The notes under the pieces were generated by a model. That model saw only the letters and a program-made list of their open reading frames with translations, made no database searches and had not been told where the DNA came from. DNA of 62,171 nt, the filler included, from Sphacelaria rigidula (taxonomy: Eukaryota), in assembly GCA_964200075.2 (NCBI GenBank). It is 8 parts of 8 records of this genome, joined end to end, with 100 filler letters (N's around TTAATTAATTAA, not from the genome) between each part and the next. Parts side by side here need not be neighbours in the genome. Positions count along the whole stretch, not along the records: positions 23,356 to 31,039 come from CAXNAA020013802.1; positions 31,140 to 38,823 come from CAXNAA020013803.1; 6 more parts are not named here. The stretch is one strand, 5' to 3'. This document shows positions 24,665 through 35,337 of this stretch, piece after piece (position 1 is the stretch's first letter; every line of letters begins with the position of its first letter). The translations under genes were made by a program, and so were the position numbers.

Positions 24665-26904
24665 CTAGGTGGACGGGGGGAAGGGGGAATTCAACAATTC
24701 AATAAGGAGTGGGCACCTCTGGCTCACCGAAACCCTCCAGCGTACTACACGCAACACGCTGCGCTGGACTCCTACCGCACGCAACCGTCTAGTGACTCTG
24801 CCGCGGTATTTTCTTACCGTAAGGCGCGACGCGCGTGTTCAATCATCATGTGCGCCGAAGCCAACCATGAGTTCAATTTGGTATCTCTACCGACAAGAGG
24901 CGACAAAGAGGAGCACTCATTCCTGTGCTGTGTGTATACCCTACACGCAATATTTACATACATGGCAGCAGCTCGTAATTACCCAGGGCCGACAGTCAGT
25001 GCCGGCACCACTGCAGAATAATAAAAGGTATCACGAATTAAGAATCACAACAAACACGGTGGTGTCGTGTTCAAGCGTATCGCCAGAATTTCAGCGACAA
25101 CCACAACAGGATAAATGGAAGAAACAAAGACAAGCCGTCTAGACAACACATTAACGTATTCTTTTTCGCTGCACGTTGCCTCCTCAATTTGCTGGGGTGA
25201 CCTATAGTCTTCCAGATTGCACGTACTACAACTTTCGTGCCATGGTACTTATCGTACGTCCCATACAAGAGGAGACACATGGACAAAACGACAGAAGCAA
25301 GCAAGCAACCGACGGACAGAGATGAAGAGGCTGCCGTCAGCAGTTTTTCACTTTGAGAATAAAAAAACACGAAAAACACACTCAATACGCCGTACACATG
25401 TCACACAGGGACCCTCATGTTACGCTGCTCTGAAAAGAGTGAGAGCGTATGATTCAGGCAAATCTCCGACCCGGCACGCAGTTTAACACTATGCGAGAGG
25501 TGGAGCGTACACAAAACATAAAGGATACTATCTACAAGAAAGTAAATTAATGAGCATTTGCACTCACTCAAAGCTGTGAGGACTAACGCGACAGAGCGAT
25601 ACCGCTTCTCCTGACGTGACCTGTACGGGCAAGAAACCGCCCGCGCTTTGTAGGACTGTACTTGTTTGCGGGAGGGCGGGCAGTTGGGGGGGGGGGGGGT
25701 CATACTTTCATGGTGTACCCCAAGGACCAATGGTCGCCCGCACATTTAGCATCCTTGCTCGCTAGAGTTACGACATGGAGTATAGAGACAGTATTGTGAC
25801 CCATACATTAAATCAATCTCGAACAAGTTTCGCGTACACGACGCAAGTTGCGGTGTGTGCGCATGAGATAACTGTTTTCCCCTTCTTTTCACGTCCGGGT
25901 GATCACTCGGCAACAACAAACACACCAGCTTGAGAAATAATAGGGAGGTTAAGGGAGGGGTACAAGTGTCGCCCATGTACTCAAGGGTCATAACTATTTT
26001 CGCACCGATATCTCATGACTTTGACAACGAAGACATACACTTCCAGGAATGGGGCAACGCAATAAAGGGCGACAACAAAGCCGATGCGTCAGCAATGTGA
26101 ACACACTGCCAAGCAACTGCAGGGCGGCAACGCTTGCTCAAAGTATCCCCCCAAAAAACACGTAGATATACGTCGTACCTCTTACAAAAGTACTTTGAGA
26201 CGCATCACCGCGACACGTCATCTCACGTTTTCTCTGTCCTTACGACATAGGCAAAAAACGAGTGAAATACACAGAACGAAACAAAACACATACAGCAGTA
26301 CCCCTGAGAATAACCATACAAGAAAAACACGGATATTAAAAACAACAACATAGCCACCCCGGATAACGACGTAGAGAAAGGGGCTCTGATTTTGACAATT
26401 TTTCGAATCCTTCCTATTCTCTACTCGTGTAAGCATATTTGCATGGTGCTGTTGTCGCGTTTGTCCCGACATGCGCTGTCATCATCCACGATGAGTGTGC
26501 GGTAAGACCTTGTTGTACTTGCCAATGTAGTACTTTTTCCCTTGGTTCGCCAACGCCGCTCGATAACTCTTCACCCGCGATCGCTGTTGCGATCGAGGAA
26601 GGAAAAGTGGGGGAGAAATGCGGAGAGTGGCAAACAAAAAAACATGGGAATGACGTGAGAAAGGCAAGAGTCGAAAACAGGATTATATTACTAAATGATG
26701 ATGACAACAAGGAAGATGAACTAGCGGTAAGTCACGGCTGACGCACGTGGCAGCACCGCCGCAGGTACAAACGCCACGGCTCTCGCACGCGTGGTGGTTT
26801 TGAACAAAATTGCGAAAAGCGAAAACGACGTTAACCATGATTAATAAGTACAAAGTATTCGCTAATAAGGGCTTCCAGTCTCACGGCTAACATGATGAAC
26901 GTTA

Positions 26905-27255
26905 CACACGCGGCCATTTGGCTACCCCCAAGATTCCTCCAGGGCGGTCAACTTTTCGAGCCTCCGGAGGAATAAAACGCCTCCGGAGGGGTGCGCGGCC
27001 CTCCAAAGAACGTTTTTTTTTCCTCCATAGGGATTAAACGCCTCGGGAAGCTTATTCTTGCCTCCAGAGGGCCGCACATCCCTCAGGAAGCATTTTTCTA
27101 CCCGTAAATTCCCCCGGAGGGGTGCGCGGCCCTCCAGGGTGGTAGTGTTTGGTTTCCTCCAGAAGGATTGAAGGCCTCCGGAGGCTTGTGTTGCTTCTGG
27201 AGGGCCATGCATCCCTCCGGAGGCATCGTGGGGGGTAGCCAAATGGCTACGTATG
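26905..27255. mobile_element. Tc1/mariner-type MITE
   Basis: TIRs CACACGCGGCCATTTGGCTACCCC / GGGGTAGCCAAATGGCTACGTATG, TA on both sides, internal repeats of the palindrome CCTCCGGAGG. Confidence 0.82.
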
Positions 27256-28171
27256 TAGGGGTGATAAACGCGGGGGAGTTGCTAGCCTCCGAAAAGTGTC
27301 CGGGCTGTTCGACGACATTTTACTAACCATCCTAAACCATCGCCCCTTTTCCTTCGTTTCTTGGGCTACACTTGATTTTAGACTACATCCTCGACATGGA
27401 GAAATCGTGCGCTGAGGTAACGCTTTTCCTATTCAGACACCACATACACTTCCACACCACCGAGACATTCCGGCGTTGATCCTTTTTTTCATGTGCTTTT
27501 CAGTCGGTTCTCAAAACCTGCAGAAGAAATAATAGGTCGCTGTCCGTTTTTTTTCGGTGAGCGCAGGATATACCCTGGAAAGGGTTTAACCCGGTGGGTG
27601 CGTTCGGGCTCGAAGCACACAACGTAAAAATAGCGAACACGCTCCGTCCTTGTAGTTGGTGTGAAAATAATATCAAGAGTCGTTTGTTCGCATCTTTCCT
27701 CGAAGGAGGATATTAGGGTCAATACTTCTCTTGTATGCGTTTGTCGAGCAAGAGCGATGGGCTTGGTCTTTCCGCTGCATGATCTTTTGATTTTTGCCGC
27801 TTGCGGTGGTTCGTCTGTGAATTTGTGCGTGTGAGCTGTGGCATTTGGGGTGTGCGTGCCGTGGCGTGCGCTATCTGCCGGCTCTGTTGTGTGCGGGTGC
27901 GTTCAAAAGTGGTTGGTTGAAACGGCGGGTCTACACACATGACCTCTGAAACTGGTTTCACTACTCTGCCGGCAGGTTCTGTTGCTCTTCGTCAATTGGT
28001 GCGAAGTGTTCGAGTGTTTGCTAGGTAAATTGTGCGTTGAAAGATCTCATTTAGACAAGCACGTTCTGCGCAAGCTAGGAGCGCAGCCCCCATTCAAGTT
28101 CCAGATATCAGTGTCCACAGTATATATATTCAAGTCGGGGCAACTTCACCTCACCAAGTGATGAACTCTAC

Positions 28172-29166
28172 CAAGGGCAGGTCGAGTAGAGTATACTCAA
28201 ATTTGAGTAGAGTATTTGAGGCCGTACTCAACCTACTCAAACTTCAAGTAGAGTATTTGAGGCCGTACCGAACCTACTCAAAATCTGAGTAGAGTATTTG
28301 AGGCCATACCGAACCTACTCAAAATTTGAGTGGAGTATCGAGGTCATACCCAAGCGATACTGTATACTCAAGTATTACCGAGAGTGCATCCTCAATATTT
28401 GAGTGTAGTATTGGAGGTCGTACTCAACCTACTCAAATTTTGAGTAGCGTATTTGAGGCCATACTCGACCTACTCATAATTTGAGTAGACTATTTGAGGT
28501 CATACCCAATCTACCCAGAGTTTGAGTAGAAAATTTGATGTCATACCCAATCTACCCGAAAGTTCGGTAGAGTATCTGAGGCCGGACTCGATGTTCCACC
28601 GCTGACTCTCACATGAAGAAGTCACATGTGCGGCCTGTAGAGTCGCTCACTTTGATAAGACCTACCCGAGAACCGTCTACTCATTACTCAATGATGAGTA
28701 GCGCTCTCTACTGAAAGTGGTATCGAAGGGGTTGAGAGGTATCAAGTATGTACTGCCATGGGTGGGGGCAGGTGAGCTGGGGCAGGTAGGTTCTTTCACC
28801 TGTACGCTTTTTTCGTTTTTTGATGGCCATCATTCGCTCATACTCATTGTAGCCCGTGACGGACCGCCACTCATCTAACTAAAGGCCATCGTTCGCCCAT
28901 GTGTTCAACGCAGTCTGTGAAGTGACGTCACGACGTCGCCGACGGTCACGGTTGCTCATCATACCCACGTGATACTCTATAGTTGAGTATTACTGAGAGT
29001 GCTTACTCAATATTTGAGTAGAGTAGTGGAGGCCGTGCTCAATCTACCCACAATTTGAGTTGAGTATCTGAGGCCGTACTCGACCTACTCGAAATTTGAG
29101 TAGAGTAAATACTCGGGTATTTTACTCGAGTACTCAAAAGTACATACTCTGCTCGACCTGCCCTTG
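28172..29166. mobile_element. Non-autonomous hAT-type element (MITE-like, 995 bp) with palindromic subterminal arrays
   Basis: TIRs CAAGGGCAGGTCGAGTAGAGTAT / ATACTCTGCTCGACCTGCCCTTG and a perfect 8-bp TSD AACTCTAC (28164-28171, 29167-29174). Internal ~38-39-nt units TTTGAGTAGAGTATTTGAGGCCGTACTCAACCTACTCAAA. Confidence 0.92.
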
Positions 29167-29589
29167 AACTCTACCCTAACGTCCGCGAAGCAGAAACTTA
29201 TATATGCACCCGGGTGCATCATCGACATCTGTGCAACCTAGGAATATGGCAAAAACATTTGTGGCTGGTCAGTGCCGCATGACCACCCCGACCGTGAGGA
29301 CTTGGATCACACTTTCAATGCTGAGCCAGAACAACCAACGCAGAGTACAGAAGTACAGCTGTTACGGATCGCGGCGTGGCGTGGTGGATAAGGACAGTAC
29401 GATGATGGGCCGTCGGTTTCAAAACGACATTGCGCCCGGAGGGCTGATTGGGGAAACTGGCTAGTACCGCAATCACGGGCGAAGGGGGTGATCCGTCAAG
29501 AGACGGAATGCATGAACATGCCTCTTTACATTTGGTTGGATCCGGTTTCTTTAGGTTCTTCTACATGCTACCGTCTGATTGATTCATGA

Positions 29590-30200
29590 TTGCTGTTACA
29601 ATATGGATGTACAGGATGACGGTACTGACTGTTTACGGCCTGCACCATCTTCTCAATGAAATCCTTGACTTTGTTCTCAGTCTAACAGTGCATGAGTAAT
29701 GTGCTTTCACTGTAGGAACAAAAATGTTCCGAATCACCATCGAATATCAAATGTCGGACCATGTATGCGGAAGAACCTCTGTCGTGTACTGTTTATTCGA
29801 GTCTATAATATACTGTGGGGACACATGAGGTAGCGATGGCAGTGTTGCCTGAGTGAAACTGCTGAACGCGATATCAATCAGCTGATGGGAGTCAACGAAC
29901 TGCCTGTGGAAGAGATACACAGGAGCTATCGAAATGTTGTCGGCTTCAACTAGTACCGAGTACGGCATATACTTTCAGAAACGCGAACCACTTGCTAGGG
30001 TATCTCATGCATGACCACGGATGCAACGGTGAAAGAATATCATTTGTACTCTACACTTCGCAAATTCACAAAACTGCTTGTGTGACCGTAATATCGAACT
30101 GGTTGTGCATACATGCTACAAGGCACGAAACCATGCAAGCCGATTAGCCGGGAACGGAAATGACGAGGGTTGAGTGAACGAAACATGAGGTATTTACCCC
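29590..30200 (+). pseudogene. Highly decayed RTE-like LINE reverse transcriptase remnant
   Basis: Broken motifs in the expected order (MDVQDDG ~ MLYADDAG; CLWKRYT; HLYSTLRKF..LL ~ HY..LR..H..LL) across frameshifts and stops. Confidence 0.3.
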
Positions 30201-30509
30201 ATCTCCTGGTCAGGGGGGGCAAATCGTTAATGCCCGGAATGTTTTATTATCCTGGAGAATGGATGTAACCTTTACGTGGTCCCCCCTGTTTGATCGTTTG
30301 CGCGCTTGGTAGATATCTTCAAAGAGTATATGCGAACCAAGCATGCGTAAAACAAATGAGAGTTCTGTGAAGTTGTTTCGATTATAAAATATCAAACCCA
30401 ACCATGTACTTAGAATTTATATTTCGACTGTGAATACGTGGGTGGTTCCTTACAGGTCCACTGCTGAACATACTAGAGGGAAATGTACCAAATAAGATAC
30501 AGAGCCAAT

Positions 30510-31035
30510 TAAGATACAAGTTTTTTTAATCGCTCATATCTCCGCGAAATATTACCCGTTTTCCGTTCTGTTTTTTTCTGCGTGTGCACAAGAGCACGAC
30601 GCTTTGTTTGAGCTATTGTATGTGTCTCAAGCATCCGATTACGTAGTCTTACAGCACTGCGAGTAAGCGCGTATGTGTCATCCTCCAAAATCAGCTTTTT
30701 GGTCGATCGGCTGCTAAGCATGCAGAGAGCAGAACGTGCAGCACAGGCCGTATAAGCGGTACACAGCGGTCGTCCCAGCTTCCGTGCTGCAGCTACGACC
30801 TTTGACATCTCCGTCGGTGCACTTCAGAAGCGTATGAGTGGTAGCGTGGGCATAGCTGGCAGGGGTGTTCCACACACTGCACTGACGACCGAGAAAGAAC
30901 ACTTCATCAAAGATACGCTCAAGTTTGCCAAGATACAAGTTCTTTCAATCGTCCATAACTCCGCGAAATATTGATCGTTTTCCATTCTGTCTTTTGCTGC
31001 GTGTGCACAAAAGCACGGCGCTTTGTTAGAGCTAC
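30510..31035. repeat. ~105-nt direct repeats (30510-30615, 30930-31035)
   Basis: AAGATACAAGTT...CTCCGCGAAATATT...GCGTGTGCACAA..GCACG.CGCTTTGTT.GAGCTA occurs twice. Confidence 0.8.
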
Positions 31036-31039
31036 AGCA

Positions 31040-31139
31040 NNNNNNNNNNNNNNNNNNNNNNNNNNNNNNNNNNNNNNNNNNNNTTAATTAATTAANNNNN
31101 NNNNNNNNNNNNNNNNNNNNNNNNNNNNNNNNNNNNNNN
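31040..31139. other. Artificial contig linker
   Basis: N44-TTAATTAATTAA-N44. Confidence 0.99.
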
Positions 31140-32024
31140 CTGATGTTTGGGTTCAGGCTGCATGAAGCACCTCATATTGGCGACATTGGCGGGAACAAAC
31201 CCAAACGTGGGAATTCCCAGCTGCTCGTTGTGCTCGCTGTTTCCCATTTCGATGTACGTGAACATTTTGCCTCTCAAAAGCATGCACCTTTTGGGGGGGG
31301 GGCTATCGCAGAAAGTGTCCGAAATGCTGTTTTTTCCAGGTAGCACACCCAGGTATCACATGATTCAATAATCGCTACGTGAAGACTCAAAGCTTGAAAC
31401 AAACTCAATCCCCGTAGAGTTGTCCCTGCTTTGAGGACACCCCCTGCTCAATCAAATTTCACCGCAAGAGGGACGTTTATTTCTTCCCTACCATATCCAA
31501 GGTGATGACGGCACATTGCACAACTGATTGGTGTATGAACATTTTTGTTGCAACTCCTCAATTTTCCGCTGAATCATGACAACAACTACACGTTTCAGCA
31601 ACAATTACGCGCTGTTTCGTTGACGCTAGTGCCTATGTAGTCGAGACAGGGTGGCGCCCTACGCCCTCCTCTCTCACTCGTTTCCCTCGCCTCTCTTCAT
31701 CCAATTTCCTCGGAATGGATGGTAATAATAATGAACACTTGAAACGCATCTTCTTCATATGACTTACTGCAAGAGGGCACCTGGGCTCAGTGTACCGCAA
31801 CCCTACGTACCTGACTTCATAATTGCTACCCGAACGTCAACCATCCCTATCCAAGTCAGAATGTCTTGAAAGCGGTAACAGCATCGAAGTTCTTTCACGA
31901 GGGATTCCGTACAATCAAGCTCGGTACAGCTATGTGGAGGTTTTCTTTACATGCATACACGCGTACCGTTTGGTTTTCGAGAGTCGCCGTCGTCGTGTTC
32001 TGGGTGGAGTGTTATTTTAATAAT

Positions 32025-32112
32025 TCCACATACCGTAGTCATAAGATCATTGGCCTCGCATCCCCACAAAGCCGGGACGGAGCACGCCGGGTTTTCGCAG
32101 GCACCAAGCGTG
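32025..32112 (-). mobile_element. Ultra-short element, long form
   Basis: GAAAACCCGGCGTGCTCCGTCCCGGCTTTGTGGGGATGCGAGGCCAATGATCTTATGACTACGGTATG on the minus strand. Confidence 0.72.
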
Positions 32113-32326
32113 AAGCGCCGTGATGTGTCCGGCGAGTCGCATAAAGGGTCAGCTGCATCTTACTAATCAACTGTGTTAGGCCCGAAGCGTACCTATCATC
32201 TTGCATATGGATGACAGCCTCAAAATGATTTGCTTTATTATCTGGCATCGCCGCTTTCATAGACAGCCACGGGTTACACTGCCTCATGGGTGTCTCACCG
32301 CGTAAGCACTATGTCATTTCTCGGGG

Positions 32327-32421
32327 TGTACTCATTGCATACCGTGGTCATGTGACAATTGGCCTGGCATCCCTACAAAGCCGGGGCGGAGCACGCCGAG
32401 TTTTCGTCGGACCAGGCTCGC
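32327..32421 (-). mobile_element. Ultra-short element, long form (~95 nt) with 12-bp TSD
   Basis: GGCGAGCCTGGTCCGACGAAAACTCGGCGTGCTCCGCCCCGGCTTTGTAGGGATGCCAGGCCAATTGTCACATGACCACGGTATGCAATGAGTACA, flanked by CATTTCTCGGGG (32315-32326) and CATTTCTTGGGG (32422-32433). Confidence 0.8.
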
Positions 32422-32921
32422 CATTTCTTGGGGAATGGGGAATGTGATGATGATGATGACGACCATGATGATGATGATGATGATGATGTGAGAATAACGC
32501 ACTAGCTCTACGCGCTTGTGTATACAATATGGGTAACACCCCACTGGCATAACAGCCTTGAACTTACTTCATCCTAAAGTACCGTGAGTTCTATCAGATA
32601 CCACCGGCACTTTGTATAACACAACTACGTTGTTTGACACTCCCCGGCGATGGATTCCCGGCTAAATTTGGCATCATATTGACATCGACAGTACGGCATG
32701 GAGGCATACTGTGAACCGTCATCACATGATACCCACGGATGGCGAAGTTACGGGGCCCAAATGTTCACGGGTGCTACGTGACCCACAACTTGAACTGCTC
32801 CGCTCAAGACGGATGAATGCCGCTCCCCCACCCCCCGGTACAAGAATAAGGTGAAAAATGCCGAGTCATGCCTGTGAAAGCAAACATTGACGCTACAGGA
32901 CCCGGAGGGAACGTGGTGACA

Positions 32922-33245
32922 TTTGTTTTATTTTCTGTTCGTCGCAGTTTGAAACCCCCCCCTCCTCGGGACGAGTCCGTGGTCTCAAGGCATCAACCCG
33001 ATCTCTCCCACCGGTACACGCATTGCATTTTGGTCTCGCGGGTTGGGTCATGACTATCAGCAATCCCGCACCGCGTCAACTCACGTCAAACAAACTCAGT
33101 CAACTACTTTGTTTACTCACCTTCTCACGCTTTCTACGGTGGAAATCAGATACTACCACGAAGAAAAAACCCAACGTATCGGGAATCGAACCCTCGTTCC
33201 CTCCACCCTTATGGCGACAGTCGGACCCTAACACCACCGGGGTGC
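32922..33245 (-). mobile_element. tRNA-derived SINE family B, full length
   Basis: Minus strand reads GCACCCCGGTGGTGTTAGGG...GGTTCGATTCCC...GACCAAAATGCAA...CCTTGAGACCACGG...TGCGACGAACAGAAAATAAAC. Confidence 0.82.
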
Positions 33246-33529
33246 ATACGAGTTGAAAAGGCTCAAGCCTCCCTCGGACCGTTGTGCCTGAAATTCTCTC
33301 ATCGTTCATCGAAATGCTCCAAATGCCCAAAATATGATCTCTCGGAGTATATTGTCAGTTAGTTCGTTCGTCGTTGTTGCCCTTTTTTTCGCTGTTCCGT
33401 CCTTCACCGACCTGACGGCGTATAGCCAGGCGTGTCTATTTTCGGTTCTTGTATTTCGCAACCTTGGGCACGACTTCTGCAGCTTACGATCACGGCCGGA
33501 TTAATGACGCGCCAGTTGATGTGAGACGA

Positions 33530-34300
33530 ATCAATCTATCGATGAACCAACCAACGACGCGAATTTCCATCTTCCTTTACCTGGCAGTAGTGGAGTACAG
33601 TTGGCAAATACTCTCGACGCTCCTCGACTGCGGACGCGTCACACGCCTTTGCGCCCAACGGTTCCACAAGCGGCCATCCCTCCTCTGAAGTACGGAAATC
33701 CGAAACCATCAACCCGTTCGATACCCTGTGCCGCAATCTGTCGTCTCCCGTACGGAGAGGAGCGGAACCAGTGAGAACACAGTAAGTCATGCATGCAACA
33801 GGTATCAATACTTTATATCATCTAGTTTGGGGGGGGAAGTCCATTTCCGTGAAGAAGCAAGAAAGCAAACTGAAGAAAAGTCATTGGCGTCGATCATTTT
33901 GAGGCACTGGTTCCGAGAGGACGAGTGGTGTACGACGCCTCGTGTCGAAACACCAACCAGACATTGCATGTCGACGTAACCTCTCTGAAACTAGCTTGCC
34001 ACCAATATGGTAATATTCTCGACCAGTTTCGCCGCATTCCGTCTCTGTTCGCCGGTGTTGCATGCTCCACCGTTGGAGCAGTGAATAAAATGTCCACAAA
34101 GAAGGGCGCCACGTTTGTAACCACCCGAAGATGTACAACCGTTCGTATCGGGGTGACAGTACATGCTGTCAGGGTCCATGTCCCGCTGTGGATTTGTCGA
34201 CGGTTGAGCATGCGGTGATAGATCACCATCACGAAGGATAGGGGCACTGGTAAAGAAGTCGGGTCAGTTTGTGTGGGAGTCAAAGAGGTCTATAATAGAG
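33530..34300 (-). pseudogene. Highly decayed Ty3/gypsy-like gag-protease remnant
   Basis: Frameshifted FDT(G)...KMIDANDFSSVC...RKW segment resembling stramenopile retroelement aspartic protease regions; many stops. Confidence 0.3.
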
Positions 34301-35270
34301 GATTTTCAAAATCGGTAGGGGATCAACAACGGTAGTTTTCCGGGAAATTTTACGCCGAAAAGGGGCGTTGGCACCTACACGCTTGGCAAGCGTGTTCTAG
34401 TGAGTGACTGAAGCCCGCACCTCGACCGGTTGTTGTTAAGAGTCCATGGCGAGCTTACCCAAAGTGTGGGCGTTTATCTCGAAGACATGCCCAAGTCATC
34501 TGGAGGTGCCCGGTGCGGACTGTCCATACCTCCGAGAAAACAGGACAAGGAAAACGTTTCAAATCCAAAGAAGTTGCCTCTATTTGATCACCATGTTCGT
34601 AAAATCTGCTCATCCGTTTACTGTGCAAATTGAAGAGGCGTGTCTGCAAGGTTTCCTACTTTCGATCGGAGCTGAAATGGTTACAGAACTTGAATAGGGT
34701 GAGAAAAGGGCGCGCGTTTGTGTTTAGTTTGTCTTGATTAGCACAGTGACTTATCATTACGACAATGACAAGCACGTCGATTGGCGCATGCTGTTGCGTC
34801 ACGATATGGGCATGCGCGTCATCTTGCGCCAAAAACCGCTTAATTATACTTAATCTTTAAATCAACTCTATGCTGACAGAATCAGCGTTTGGGATGCACC
34901 ACAAGAACCAGAGTGGAACCCTCCAATCAAAGAAAGGCATAGGGCCAAAATGTGCAGGAGGTTGTGTGACTTGGAAGCCTCGTGATGGTCTACGAAGACG
35001 CCATTCTAGGATATTCCGCCGGCAGCTGCATGTCGGATAGGGAAAAGACGGGAAAGATCCCAGAATTTGACAATCCCGAAATTGATATGACTCACATAAA
35101 GTGACGTGAGCTGCCTGGAAGGAGTTTAAGACCCCTAATCATCTTTCATCGCATGTATTTTGCACCTCACGAAGCCGGGACTTCGGATGATTTCTTTGCA
35201 ACAAACTTCCTTTTTTTCTCATGCAAACAAGACGGGAGGATCCAAGAGGAGGAGTGGGGGGTGAGGATGG

Positions 35271-35337
35271 GCGTACTCATGTGTTGCTTGCCTGTCTCGT
35301 TTGACCATTGACCACGCATTGCTTTCGAGACGGAGCA
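35271..35337 (-). mobile_element. Ultra-short element (short form, diverged)
   Basis: Same ends and length as the other copies, several internal substitutions, G-rich flank. Confidence 0.8.

Noticed and set aside
28190-28590. CRISPR-like array of ~38-nt palindromic repeats
   Set aside because: The units are directly tandem with no unique spacers, no cas genes are present, and the array is enclosed by TIRs and an 8-bp TSD.
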